Positions 47,201 through 57,351 of a stretch of DNA of 64,000 nt are shown here, piece after piece. The stretch is from an uncultured virus (IMG/VR IMGVR_UViG_3300025438_000011). Its lineage: Duplodnaviria; Heunggongvirae; Uroviricota; Caudoviricetes. Under the pieces are notes generated by a model that did no database searches, was not told the DNA's origin, and saw nothing but the letters and a program-made list of their open reading frames with translations. Position numbers and translations under genes: made by a program. The stretch is taken from the IMG/VR virus record IMGVR_UViG_3300025438_000011. One strand, written 5' to 3'. Numbering within the stretch: the stretch's first letter is position 1; every line of letters begins with the position of its first letter.

Positions 47201-49090
47201 TATAGTATAAAAATAATCCAGGTTTCTTTCTGATCTCATTGGAACTAGTTCTCGTGTATTAACTGTTTGATTGAAAGTACCGTGTAAATCCGTATTATTC
47301 ATAAGGTATGGATAATCGTGAGCTGATAGTGAATTTTGATAAGCCCATCTTAGATGTACCGGACTTTTTCTCCAAAGTTCACTCAAATCATTGTTGTCTA
47401 TTCTAAATGTTTCTAGATTGGCTGTGTAGTCTGATGAAACCGGAACTAATTCAGTCTTACCCTTGAAAATGAAATCATCAAATGGTGTAGGTGTTGAATT
47501 TGACCTAAGGTCTGTTAAATATAATTTAGGTTCTTCTGTTCGTGTCAATTCGCTTCTACGTTCGTATTCGAACTTTGAGAATTCAGTATCTACTATATTG
47601 GTATCAAAATCTTTAACATCCGTGAATTTTAATCGATGTATGGGGAAGTTAATTGGTGTATTTTTAGTTGTTATATTTAAATTTATATACTCTGTGAATC
47701 CCTCAATGCCGGAATTCGTGTAATATGTTAATCTATATCCTTCTGAATAATTAAATCCATAATCAGTATTCAATTTATAATATCCATTTTCGTAGACTAT
47801 TGTGTGAAATACATCATTTATATTTATCATAGTAACATCTGAGAAACTATAATCGTCTATAATATATGCCAAGTCTGTGGATGCATCAATTATACGGCCT
47901 TGGTTATCTATATAGCAATGTCGTTGATTTAGTTGTGTTTGTAACCCAACCAAATTAATATCACTTATTATTCTATAAGATACCTCAGTTGGATCATTAA
48001 CTTCATCAATTGTAACTTGTTTTTTTCTATCACCTTTTTTGATAGCAGATACACGTTTAGATAATTGTCTATCATATTTCTCCACTCTGTAGAATTCACC
48101 AAGGTGTTCTACCCACATTGTATCATCTCCTTTGAATCCTCTGAGAAAGGGGTCACCCTTAGAGGATGAGTATATTCTATTACCTTCACCTATAAAAATA
48201 TCGGAATGTAATTCTGGTAATTTGAATGGATGAATCTTATCATATTCTTCCATTTCATCTAAGTAAAATCCAGAGTAACGGTTCAATGACCACTTTCTTA
48301 GAGTTGATGGAGTTGATGGAGTATCATCAAATAAGAATGTGAAATTGATTAAATTCGGATGTATTACCTTATTAACTCTATATCCATCGGTTATTAGTTG
48401 TTCTAAACCAAACAGTGTGGATTCTCTTTCTAATTCTTCATCAAAGTATAATGATTTGTGTGTGTATCCACCACTGTCGTAGTCAATACCTATCCATCTT
48501 GTGAATTCTAATTCTCTGAAATCTAAATCGAGTCCTGTATTTGGAAAATTTTCATTTATTTTCCAATTTCTATCGATAAACTCGCCAAGTGGTGAGTTTC
48601 TAGTCAAATCAAATACCTTAACAGCTTTGAAATTATTTAAGAATTCTTCTCTGAAATTATCTTTATTCATATCGATAAGACCTGGGCCATCAATTCTGAA
48701 TATTGAAAAGTATTTTGGTAGTTTATCCTTAAAGACATATAGTGGAGCAAAATATTCATATTCCTCTGTATAATTCTTGTTGTTTATTATGTTCTTGGCT
48801 CCGGCAATATACATCTCATCATATTGTTCTGAGTAATCATTTGACATGTTATCAACATCATTGTCGTAATTTATCGAGAATGCAATATCAGCCGGGAATC
48901 CTTTGTAGAAATTAGGTACTAGTTCATCCCAGAAATTATCTTTACTAAACTGTACTTTTTTCAACGAACTTATTGATAAATCTTCGGCAGAATCGATAGA
49001 TTCCATGTATAGTGAATACTTGGAATCGACCATCAATTTTATGTTTGATGTAAGTGCAACATTAGTTCGGAGTAGAGCAAAGCTTTTCAT
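44270..49090 (-). CDS. Large putative baseplate/tail protein (1606 aa)
   Basis: Y..G.VV.Y....Y.A carbohydrate-binding-like repeats; AATATATA upstream. Confidence 0.6.
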   Translation of the reverse strand: MKSFALLRTNVALTSNIKLMVDSKYSLYMESIDSAEDLSISSLKKVQFSKDNFWDELVPNFYKGFPADIAFSINYDNDVDNMSNDYSEQYDEMYIAGAKNIINNKNYTEEYEYFAPLYVFKDKLPKYFSIFRIDGPGLIDMNKDNFREEFLNNFKAVKVFDLTRNSPLGEFIDRNWKINENFPNTGLDLDFRELEFTRWIGIDYDSGGYTHKSLYFDEELERESTLFGLEQLITDGYRVNKVIHPNLINFTFLFDDTPSTPSTLRKWSLNRYSGFYLDEMEEYDKIHPFKLPELHSDIFIGEGNRIYSSSKGDPFLRGFKGDDTMWVEHLGEFYRVEKYDRQLSKRVSAIKKGDRKKQVTIDEVNDPTEVSYRIISDINLVGLQTQLNQRHCYIDNQGRIIDASTDLAYIIDDYSFSDVTMININDVFHTIVYENGYYKLNTDYGFNYSEGYRLTYYTNSGIEGFTEYINLNITTKNTPINFPIHRLKFTDVKDFDTNIVDTEFSKFEYERRSELTRTEEPKLYLTDLRSNSTPTPFDDFIFKGKTELVPVSSDYTANLETFRIDNNDLSELWRKSPVHLRWAYQNSLSAHDYPYLMNNTDLHGTFNQTVNTRELVPMRSERNLDYFYTINSGTTSHIHHTFHVEKNNGNVQDETYKFKIDDYLNVSTYSYYGNTFSYDMNYFDLFFSQTQSFLDGDISRNKKKYSHFDVGDDSIPNTTVFRGIKFKLFEVDSIIKDSVSIKNLNLFTKNTFDDYKFSVLLSSNDKGVSDDGTLYDTCEIGTFEYSTSLGLGVTEFFTSGATPSFIVGDEIELDYPPNQLSSGEVSGIVSSPGGHTFSVDTGIDESHQVGGKWRGKMQWTRIYNFETDTPYKRYDVVMYEGETYWAGDDITITDPTETPAGWPTQFNPFQTEANTHMFWTGNQNPTNSPGSCIYIYGEYYERSYTINGQYNQYNPTQYTDFWDAGQFTYTIGSVVNYKNRFYEAIEDVPTGIRPIVSNRKMSVNFDGTKYWNEIPSSQVINFVWNRIPLWDVNENIPTNINDTNRVYDGVLYKKDNNVSVSGEDIPGLSIIWERLYSFIPDTNYKYSAYTNPVIQIDNVFYLNKFNPGQATSYIGSTAGDYTLDNGITIYIHKPFKNVFVNIAFNDNTLQAANDVIDETRNIERDELYVQPNSRITACNFIRQINDLDTIYGFADYTSYVVVENDFTISKYNFGNNLENLPYYLLAEEADLFKIDDSSLTYEVDGLSKNILKPFRSLENGNIDNLEKINFYNENPIAYNIENNEDVVPVTTNLNGQNTNDTTQSLFRHSGYYMPLVYEVELFRDSSVYDSDRGVTYNNLRDNWHFSSLLPASGGVFRLYGETNPGYSIGDYITVSGAAEQFDFIDNNFYAGSFALLTSTHSINVGDVITVFQYEGYTHTQYNGDHTITNVTNTLVVTNQSNLGSTPVQGGIYYRNYYADGLHRVIDVGVSGNGYYVDIDEPYVNNSPPHIGTTNQLIPVSPLSMRSGNYTFDTNLSLFGVKRQRVIQKVNEIENVLKLKNNDSFNSIYPMLDEFGYMVADFFIFKSTWDFLYHYKTNNPKITSATSQQNIFRTQYIQQIIKNYNTI

Positions 49091-49118
49091 ATGTTTATAT
49101 ATTCAAAACCTCGACCTT

Positions 49119-52100
49119 TTACTTAATTATTGTCTGGTAATTTTTAGATTTACTAGCAAAAGTCACTTTATTTCTATTCATATTGAACACAACAGTGAAT
49201 TTGAACGGTCTGTTCTCTGACTCATCTTCTAATAAGAATTTTAATTTCTTAGTATGTTTAACCGTATTTGTCTGGTTATTTAAATTGATATACTCATTGT
49301 TGTTTCCTGATTGTGTGTTGTCGAGAGCATTCAATTTAAAATAAATGTTTAATGGTACAATAACTTCACCACCACCATCAAGTGTTTTTACTTTATCTTG
49401 GTTATCTTCGACAAGTTTTTCCAAATCATCAACAACTGGATGAATACTTGTTAAGAATTTAGTTGTTGATCCAACAGATATTGTATCATCAATCCACTTA
49501 CTATTGTCTAATAGAGATGAGTTATTTGATATGAAGTTCAATGTTTGGTTCTCACTATAACCAATGTTAAATTCATCCAATGATAGAATATTGGTTATTG
49601 AGTTTGAAGATTGAGAAACAAAGTTGTTTCCTATATTCTCTGAAACTCTACTAACAATATTTGATTGTGATGTAACTGTTTCATAATTAACACCCCAAAG
49701 GAATTGATTATTCAACTGTGTTCTACTAACACCTGATACATCACTAAACAACAATTCATCCTGTGGATTTACCCAGAATATTTGTGGTACTTGTGTGTTA
49801 TAAAAATCAGTATTTGATGAATATGGTGATCCACTTAATAAACCAAGATTAGACTCGGCTGATTTATTTCTAACACGAATTGCAAAATCCTTTATTACAT
49901 AGATATTGTTCGCATAAACTCTACCAGATGGAATACCAGTTCCACTGAAGGAATCAAGGTAATCTTCACATTCGATATTGAATACTGTTTCTGAGTTATA
50001 TTCAATTATAAATTCTTGGTTATTTCTAAGGAAAACAATTTCAAGTTCTCCTTTAACCTTGTTAATTTTTTCTTGTAGCACTTTTATTTGTTCTGCTTGT
50101 CTAAGTATTACTTCCAACATACTCAAAGAAACACCATTTTCGTCTTTGATACCACTCAAAATATCACTGGCTGTGTGTTCGAATGTTTTCTGGTTTATGA
50201 TTGTTCTTTTTGAAAGGTGTTCATCGAGTCCTTTGGCTGATAAATCAGATTCCATACTAACTTGAAGTTCGGCTTTGGAAGCTTCTTGTAATATGAATTG
50301 ATTATCATTCAATATATCATTCAATTCATCCGGGAAAGAAAGTGTTATTATATTAGTCCAATCTGATTCAACAGGACTATCTGGATAACCAACTTCTGAT
50401 ATAGATTTCATTCTCAACTCAACTCTTTCATTGGTTGTGATTGCTATATCTAATTGGTTTATGTTTGGTGTATCAGCATTTTCAACATCTTCTATTGTCC
50501 ATGTGTATTGTCCAGTAGATTTATCAAACGTTCTTTTACGTACATCAGATTTGAATTCATTCCAATTTGAAAAGGCTGCCGTTTTGTTCGTACTATCTTC
50601 TTTAATATTAAACGATTCAACATTTGGTTCCTTACCATCTTTTGAAACATATCGATATTGAACACGGAATTGAATTATCTCCTGTGGCTTAGTTCCTCTT
50701 GTAGAAACAGCTTCTGGCATATCCCAGAAACCTCTTAATCTATATTTCGGAGTAACTTTTGTTTGGTCATTCCTAGTCAAATCAAGTATTTCATTTACTG
50801 TCGTTGATAATAATTTAGACTTTGAAATTTTCTTCTTATTCAAATCAACAATTTCTAGTTCGAATTTTTTCTTGGCTGCCGTTGATGTGAATTTTGTAAC
50901 TCTCAATTTTTTATTTCTATCACCGATAGCTTCTTGCATTTGTTTAATCTCACTTTTGAGACCAATTGAATAATTGTGTTTATTCTTAACAGTATTAGCA
51001 TTTGGCGTATCTGTTAGGTGTTTGTTTATCTGAATTACTTTAAAATTATCTGGATTGAGTGTGACTATATTTGGTGTTCCTGCTAATGAACTTGGTGTTT
51101 TCTTGGCAACTAAGTCCGTGAGAACTACGCCATAATCATAAACTTGACTAATATAGAATTGTTCCATTGTTTGTCCATTAAATGAATCATTTGATTTCAT
51201 TGTTAAATCACCTGTAAAGAATCCAATACCTTTTGACCAACTCTTGGCCAACAAGTTACTATCAGCATTCATGGCTTTTACGAAAAGAAGATTACGTTCA
51301 TTATACCCAACTGATACTCTCAATTTCTTAGTGAATATAACTGGTGAATATATCTTTAATGTACCGACACCTACCGGAACCGGTTGAAGTCCCTCAACTC
51401 TTTCAAATATAACACGAGGATTGGATTCTGTTGTTGATACTTCAATTACTTTATATCTCGTATTTGAGATTTTTTGGTTGATAATAAGCTCAGTCCCAAC
51501 CACTAATTGTTTAACTTGTAGTGTATCATTTACGATGTAATCCAGTGTGTTTAAATGGTACCAAAGTTTTTTATTGAGTGTATCTTCCTCAATTTCAATT
51601 ACGTTGAATAAACCATCCCATAATAGGTTGTTTGGTTCGATGTCAAACATTTGCTCATCACATTTTGGATTGTTTGGTGAGACTACACCTGGTGTAGTTC
51701 TGTGCCAGTTTTCGAACTCTTGTAAATCCACATCGGTTCTACCTCTATATAGTTGGTTGAATTGTGATAGTGCTGTTTGTCCAAGTGTTGTTAAATCTCC
51801 ATTAGAATCTGAATTAAACTCAACCATATATCTTCTGGTCATACACTTTCTAACATTATTATCAATCTTATCAGATAAATCTAATTCAACTGAAAGTAAA
51901 GGATTTAATAGACCATCAAATATCCAGTTCTTGGAAGATTTGAATTGTGTTATAGGTGATAGTGAACCAATTGCATTTGGTTCTCTGTTCAAATCAACAG
52001 TTATTATCTTTTTAAACTTATTCTGATTAGATGTTTGTATCAGTGCTCCATTCGTGTCTATATTATATAGAGAGTTTACGGAGTTATTCAATCTTTCAAT

Positions 52101-52292
52101 CTCACTTTTTAGAAAAGTAAATGATGGTAGTGAATATGTGCTTAAAACACCATTTGCATCGAAAACTCGAACATCAACTGATGGATCAGTTGTTGTGGAT
52201 AGTGAATTTATCTTTGTCAATATTTCGACAATGTTCTTATTGAAGGATGCAACTTGTTCAGCAACAGTTGCAAATGAGCTTTGAATTGGCAT
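49119..52292 (-). CDS. Large putative virion structural protein (1057 aa)
   Basis: Coiled coils, FN3-like segment ending ESDWTN; AATATATA upstream. Confidence 0.6.
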   Translation of the reverse strand: MPIQSSFATVAEQVASFNKNIVEILTKINSLSTTTDPSVDVRVFDANGVLSTYSLPSFTFLKSEIERLNNSVNSLYNIDTNGALIQTSNQNKFKKIITVDLNREPNAIGSLSPITQFKSSKNWIFDGLLNPLLSVELDLSDKIDNNVRKCMTRRYMVEFNSDSNGDLTTLGQTALSQFNQLYRGRTDVDLQEFENWHRTTPGVVSPNNPKCDEQMFDIEPNNLLWDGLFNVIEIEEDTLNKKLWYHLNTLDYIVNDTLQVKQLVVGTELIINQKISNTRYKVIEVSTTESNPRVIFERVEGLQPVPVGVGTLKIYSPVIFTKKLRVSVGYNERNLLFVKAMNADSNLLAKSWSKGIGFFTGDLTMKSNDSFNGQTMEQFYISQVYDYGVVLTDLVAKKTPSSLAGTPNIVTLNPDNFKVIQINKHLTDTPNANTVKNKHNYSIGLKSEIKQMQEAIGDRNKKLRVTKFTSTAAKKKFELEIVDLNKKKISKSKLLSTTVNEILDLTRNDQTKVTPKYRLRGFWDMPEAVSTRGTKPQEIIQFRVQYRYVSKDGKEPNVESFNIKEDSTNKTAAFSNWNEFKSDVRKRTFDKSTGQYTWTIEDVENADTPNINQLDIAITTNERVELRMKSISEVGYPDSPVESDWTNIITLSFPDELNDILNDNQFILQEASKAELQVSMESDLSAKGLDEHLSKRTIINQKTFEHTASDILSGIKDENGVSLSMLEVILRQAEQIKVLQEKINKVKGELEIVFLRNNQEFIIEYNSETVFNIECEDYLDSFSGTGIPSGRVYANNIYVIKDFAIRVRNKSAESNLGLLSGSPYSSNTDFYNTQVPQIFWVNPQDELLFSDVSGVSRTQLNNQFLWGVNYETVTSQSNIVSRVSENIGNNFVSQSSNSITNILSLDEFNIGYSENQTLNFISNNSSLLDNSKWIDDTISVGSTTKFLTSIHPVVDDLEKLVEDNQDKVKTLDGGGEVIVPLNIYFKLNALDNTQSGNNNEYINLNNQTNTVKHTKKLKFLLEDESENRPFKFTVVFNMNRNKVTFASKSKNYQTIIK

Positions 52293-52386
52293 AATCAGGC
52301 TAGTTCTATTTTTGTTATATATTATATTGTATCATTTTCTTAGCGTGATAGTTGAAACTTTAAATACTTTTTAGTATATTTGTATC

Positions 52387-54264
52387 ATGAAAAACCCGAC
52401 AATAGAGGAATTAGTATCAGAAACACGAGAATGGAATGAAGCTTATCGTTCTGGATTAAATAAACTAGTTTCTGATAAGGTGTATGATGAGAGAATCGAT
52501 TTAATTCGAGAAATTGATTCAGAACATCCTTTCCTAGAAGAGGTTGGTGATAAAGTGAATGATGATTCAGCACGAAAGGCTAGACTTCCAATCATAATGG
52601 CTTCTATGGGTAAGTTGAAGAATATGGAAGATTTTGAGAGATGGTGTCGTTTGAAGGATATATCAACTGATGAGGTAGCCGTTCTCACACCTAAATATGA
52701 TGGGTGTTCATTGGCTGTTGAAGAAAAAGATGATTTGGCTTGGACGAGAGGTGATGGTATTCATGGTCAGAGGTCAAACCTACATTATAAGGTTATGCCG
52801 AACAAACTAACCAACAACACATCATTCTCACATACATATGGTGAAGCAATCGTTTTGAGAGATGTATTTGATGATAAATATTCAAATGACTTCGCCAACG
52901 CTAGAAATCTGGTTGGTGGTATGTTCAATGGAGATGAGATTCCGGATTCACGAAAAACTAAAATTCTTAAAGACATACAGTATATTAAGTATGGTGGTGT
53001 TCCGAATGATCCTAGTGCTTTCGAAACGAAAAGTCAAATTCTCGATGAATTGAACAGTGGTCAAGCAATCCCAGTTCCTTATAAACTTATCAGTCTAAGA
53101 GACTTGACACACGAAATTCTCGTGGGTCAATTTGAGAAGTGGTCAGAACAATTTGAAATTGATGGTATCATAATCGAAATCAACAATCTTGATAGACAAG
53201 AAGAACTCGGTAGAGAGGGTTCGAGAAACAACCCAGTTTGGGCACGAGCGTATAAAGCACCAGAATTTGAGATGAGTGCTGAAACTCGTGTTATTGGACT
53301 TACATATGGTATCTCAAAACAGGGTTACCTAAAACCAGTTCTTCATATTGATCCAGTTCAACTAGATGGTGTAACTGTTTCGAATGTAACTGGTAATAAT
53401 GCTCGATTCATTAAAAATATGGGTCTTGGTATTGGTGCTAAAGTACGAATTGTCCGTAGTGGGATGGTTATACCAAAAATAGTAGATGTTTTTGAAAAAG
53501 TTGATTTCATTGAACCAATCATTGAGGGTGTTGATTTAGTCTGGAACACTACTGGTGTTGAGTTAATGACAGTAGGTAAAACAGATGCACAAATATTGAA
53601 AAGTGTTATTGCTTTTTTTGAGATATTGGAAGCAACATATCTTGGACCGGGTATTATTACACAATTATATGATGCTGGATATGTAACAATAAAACAAATA
53701 TTAGAAATTAATATCGATGATTTGGAAAAAATAGATGGGTTCGGTAAACGTAAATCGTTAAAGGTTTATGATTCGGTTAAAAACTCCGTTTCTGGTGTTA
53801 AGTTATCAAAACTCCAACATGCATCAGGTTTATTTTTGGGATTGGGGTCTAGGAAATTATCGATGTTAGAACATTTCGTACAAAAACCGACAATAGATGA
53901 GGTCATGTCTATTGATGGATTTGCTGAAACGTCCAGTAAATCTTATGTGGAAAATTATGATATTTTCTTTGATTTTATCAAAGATTTACCGATTGTTATA
54001 AAAACCACTACGGTAGATGATGTGTATGTGAATGATTTGGATGGTGTTGTATTTGTTTTCACTGGTGTTCGTATGAAAAATGAGGAGAGTGTTTTGGAAT
54101 CCAGGGGGGCCAAGATAGGTAGTTCTGTGAGTAAGAACACAACATACTTAGTTTGTAAAGATATTGGTAGTACATCATCCAAAATAAAAAAGGCTAGATC
54201 TCTCGATGTTGTTATATTGGACGTGAGTGGTTTTTTAGATTTATTTTTTAAAGAAGTCATATAA
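52387..54264 (+). CDS. ligA: NAD-dependent DNA ligase
   Basis: Y..G...VSD..YD, KYDG, TRGDG, NARN, IDGIII, RSG.VIPKI, HhH, BRCT; no C4 zinc finger. Confidence 0.93.
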   Translation: MKNPTIEELVSETREWNEAYRSGLNKLVSDKVYDERIDLIREIDSEHPFLEEVGDKVNDDSARKARLPIIMASMGKLKNMEDFERWCRLKDISTDEVAVLTPKYDGCSLAVEEKDDLAWTRGDGIHGQRSNLHYKVMPNKLTNNTSFSHTYGEAIVLRDVFDDKYSNDFANARNLVGGMFNGDEIPDSRKTKILKDIQYIKYGGVPNDPSAFETKSQILDELNSGQAIPVPYKLISLRDLTHEILVGQFEKWSEQFEIDGIIIEINNLDRQEELGREGSRNNPVWARAYKAPEFEMSAETRVIGLTYGISKQGYLKPVLHIDPVQLDGVTVSNVTGNNARFIKNMGLGIGAKVRIVRSGMVIPKIVDVFEKVDFIEPIIEGVDLVWNTTGVELMTVGKTDAQILKSVIAFFEILEATYLGPGIITQLYDAGYVTIKQILEINIDDLEKIDGFGKRKSLKVYDSVKNSVSGVKLSKLQHASGLFLGLGSRKLSMLEHFVQKPTIDEVMSIDGFAETSSKSYVENYDIFFDFIKDLPIVIKTTTVDDVYVNDLDGVVFVFTGVRMKNEESVLESRGAKIGSSVSKNTTYLVCKDIGSTSSKIKKARSLDVVILDVSGFLDLFFKEVI

Positions 54265-54989
54265 CCACCCATTTATTTTTGAGTAATTATATGCTGACCA
54301 ATTATTTTTATGAAATTCTGATATGGTTTTATATTTGAGAGATTCCACCTCACATAATTCTCTATCATTCCAGTATCCATTTTTAAATTTTCCACGAACC
54401 ATATGTGAACAAACACAATCAATCCAATTATTCTTGAGAGCTGAATTGTAAGAACTTTTTGATAACCGTTGATATTCACTTATAGTTTTGTATTTTAACG
54501 ATTCTTCTTTACAATTTTCTTTGTTCCATTTTGTGATATTTGATCCAAGATTACCCGTTTTTACTTTATTTAAAATTTCCCATCCACGTATCCTATAATC
54601 CATGAGAATACTTTCTTCCAATTTTATAGCATTATCAGTATTCAAATATTCGGATTTTATGATTAGTGTTGGTGTGGTTTTGGTCATAATTATATGTTTA
54701 AATACGGTGCTTTTCCTATCACGTATTAAATGTTGTGTCTTTCTTCGTTTAATGTTACAGGTTAATCCAACATAACAACTATTGTCCGAGAATTCAAATA
54801 CATATATAAGTCGTTTACATCTATTTCCTTGTACTACCATATGTTGTAGTAACTCATACCATTTATTTTTAAATATGATATTATATGCGCTGGATCTTTT
54901 TTTTGAAATTTATTTCTTTTATCATATTTCAAAGCTTCTTCTTTGCATCTCTGATATGTCCAATATCCATTCGGTTTTCTCTTCATCAT
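54241..54989 (-). CDS. GIY-YIG endonuclease with helical repeats, frameshifted at an A8 run
   Basis: IYVFEF..YVGLT..RR..QH..E; upstream repeat NGYW..C.EEALKY joins only if A8 (54897-54904) becomes A9. Confidence 0.7.
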
Positions 54990-55150
54990 TAAATTATTAT
55001 TTTATTCATATCGATTCCGGACTTCACTAGGTCTTGGTGTATAAGCCACTCAATATACTTTGATCGGTTATTTATTTCTTCTGATATATATGTGTTTAAT
55101 TTTTTATCAATGGTGATTGATAAATTTATTTTTTCTCTTTGTTTTTTCAT
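54989..55150 (-). CDS. Ribbon-helix-helix protein (53 aa)
   Basis: Hand translation LSITIDKKL..EEINNRSKYIEWLI; TAATG overlap with the nuclease gene. Confidence 0.75.
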   Translation of the reverse strand: MKKQREKINLSITIDKKLNTYISEEINNRSKYIEWLIHQDLVKSGIDMNKIII

Positions 55151-55255
55151 AACTTTTGATTATCTTTGTTATATATTAAGTTACCAAACTATAAAGTAGT
55201 ATTTTTATACTATATTGGTATTATTTTTAAAACATTTAATTGGATGAGTAGTGAA

Positions 55256-55423
55256 ATGAAGAATACAAAGGATAAAGTTTCCATAACCATAGACGAGAAA
55301 ATAGTGAAGAAAATGGATAAATACCTCAGTGATGAGGAAATAAATAACCGATCAAAGTATATTGAGAATCTTATTCGTGAGGATATGGGTAAAAGAGGTA
55401 AGGATATTACTAGGAAGTTTTAA
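55256..55423 (+). CDS. Ribbon-helix-helix protein, divergent paralogue
   Basis: VSITIDEKI..EEINNRSKYIENLI. Confidence 0.75.
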   Translation: MKNTKDKVSITIDEKIVKKMDKYLSDEEINNRSKYIENLIREDMGKRGKDITRKF

Positions 55424-55517
55424 TCTACACTTCTTGTGGAAAAGTAAAAGCTTTGAATGTCGAAAATCAATACGTATATTTACATAAACTAAATTATTAA
55501 CCAAAAATCAAATAAAA

Positions 55518-55778
55518 ATGAAGAAACTAATTTTAATGTTATTCGTGTCGGCTTTGACATTAGCATCTTGTGAAAAAGATGAAGAATTAATTACACCACA
55601 AAACACGTCCAACTGCACTTGTGGGACTATTGTAAATGACGAAATTACTAATTGTTACACACTTAGTATACGGAATGAGTGTAGTGGTGTTGTAAAAAGG
55701 TTCTGTTTCGACCAACAAGTATGGTTTAATAACTATGTCGGTGATTATGTTTGTGTTTCAAACGTTCAACCTTGGTAA
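55518..55778 (+). CDS. Lipoprotein, Cys-rich family
   Basis: LASC then EKDEE; CTCG..NECSG..C..QPW. Confidence 0.75.
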   Translation: MKKLILMLFVSALTLASCEKDEELITPQNTSNCTCGTIVNDEITNCYTLSIRNECSGVVKRFCFDQQVWFNNYVGDYVCVSNVQPW

Positions 55779-55779
55779 T

Positions 55780-56442
55780 ATGAAAAACTTATTTTTAACA
55801 ATAATCCTATCTCTGTCAATTCCATTTATCGGATTAACACAAACAAGTAGATCCGATGTGATTTATATTACTGATTCGACCATGAATAAAGACGAACTTT
55901 ATGCTAATGGATTATCGTTCTTTGCCATTCACTTTAAATCTGCAAACAACGTAATACAAATGGCTGACCCAATTTCTGGTCGTGTTATTGGAAAAGGTAT
56001 TGTAGATGATAGAGATGTTACAATCTCAATATTCTGTAAAGATGGTCGTTATAAATACGATATTTCAATCGTTTCTAAGATAAATGAAATGACATTACCG
56101 ATAAATTCATTAGGTCCTGGAGTAGTTGCTCAGTTACACTTAGGGGTGACTAAAGTTCCGATTTTATTTGATGGTGCTAGTTATATACCAAATAAGAATA
56201 GAACATATTTTACATATGATACTGGACAATGGAGTGAGTACAGATATTATTATGATAGTGGTGTCGGACACAATCCATTAGTAATGACAAAAGGTATGTG
56301 GAATAAATGGAAAGGTCTAGTGGATACTGAGCTATCCAAGCAAAAGTATAAAGAGCTTGGAAACATACCTGATGTTGAATTTCAAAGATTAATTACTTTG
56401 CTGACCAGCCATATGTATAAAAATGATAATTCTGATTGGTAA
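55780..56442 (+). CDS. Secreted protein, DUF4468-like
   Basis: Signal peptide; KDELY..FKSANNVIQM.D..G.VIGKG..KDGRYKY. Confidence 0.6.
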   Translation: MKNLFLTIILSLSIPFIGLTQTSRSDVIYITDSTMNKDELYANGLSFFAIHFKSANNVIQMADPISGRVIGKGIVDDRDVTISIFCKDGRYKYDISIVSKINEMTLPINSLGPGVVAQLHLGVTKVPILFDGASYIPNKNRTYFTYDTGQWSEYRYYYDSGVGHNPLVMTKGMWNKWKGLVDTELSKQKYKELGNIPDVEFQRLITLLTSHMYKNDNSDW

Positions 56443-56542
56443 TGAAAATTTTACGTTCATCCAAATGTTCTTTTAAAGAGGTTAAGGCAATAAAAAACGG
56501 ATGTGATATCCTTGTAGTAGATGAACTTGAAACTCTATTGAG

Positions 56543-56914
56543 ATGATTTGGTTGGGTATAATAATTGGATTGATAATTGGAGTACCCTCTTCTATATTAC
56601 TGTATAAACAGTATCTGTTGAAGGAATCTAATAAAATTAGACGTAGAGGTATAATTAGTACGAAGTTTAAATCGGGAGATGGTTTAATATCCGAAATAAC
56701 ATATCAAATTGGTGAGTTAGAAAAATCTAGTGATATGAGTAAGATATTCGTTGACAAAGTTACTTCTAATCAAAATAAGACCAATAATATAATTTCTCTG
56801 AAGATGTTTTATAATTTGAAACATCTAACTTGGGTAGAATCATCTAATATAAAATGGTTAGATGATGAGGTTAAAGTAAATAGAAATGAAGTTTTATGTG
56901 AAATATTAAATTGA
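56543..56914 (+). CDS. Membrane-anchored protein with RNEVLCEIL tag
   Basis: N-terminal TM; paralogue of the next gene. Confidence 0.7.
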   Translation: MIWLGIIIGLIIGVPSSILLYKQYLLKESNKIRRRGIISTKFKSGDGLISEITYQIGELEKSSDMSKIFVDKVTSNQNKTNNIISLKMFYNLKHLTWVESSNIKWLDDEVKVNRNEVLCEILN

Positions 56915-56918
56915 AAAT

Positions 56919-57299
56919 ATGGAAATTATTATAGTTGTGATGATTGGATTTATAATTGGAGTTATTGTGGCGGTGACTTTTATCAGTAAAAATAATAAGA
57001 TTAAAAAACCGGACCAAAAGATATATAGGAAAGGAATTCATATTTGTGAATTAACTAATGATGATGATGGTGATATTACGGCCACCTATGAAGTTGGTGA
57101 GATATCTGTATCTACAACCATGAGTAAGGTTGTTGTTTTACAGGTATCTTCAGGTAATACCTTGTGGAACAATAAAGATGGTGTGGAAAAAATGAAGAGT
57201 CTAGTACATAATAATTGGATACGTAGTGAAAGAGTTGAGTGGATTGAGGAAGATGTTAAAGTTGTCAGGAATGAGAAACTAAGTGATATATTGAACTAA
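56919..57299 (+). CDS. Membrane-anchored protein with RNEKLSDIL tag
   Basis: N-terminal TM; shared TY..GE...S..MSK, W....W. Confidence 0.7.
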   Translation: MEIIIVVMIGFIIGVIVAVTFISKNNKIKKPDQKIYRKGIHICELTNDDDGDITATYEVGEISVSTTMSKVVVLQVSSGNTLWNNKDGVEKMKSLVHNNWIRSERVEWIEEDVKVVRNEKLSDILN

Positions 57300-57351
57300 T
57301 AATGTCTTATCTATTCGATAGGTTTTTATGTTTATTCAAGTATATAGGTAA

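Noticed and set aside
53480..53600. Missing C4 zinc finger in LigA as a novelty
   Set aside because: Loss of this finger is known among viral NAD-dependent ligases
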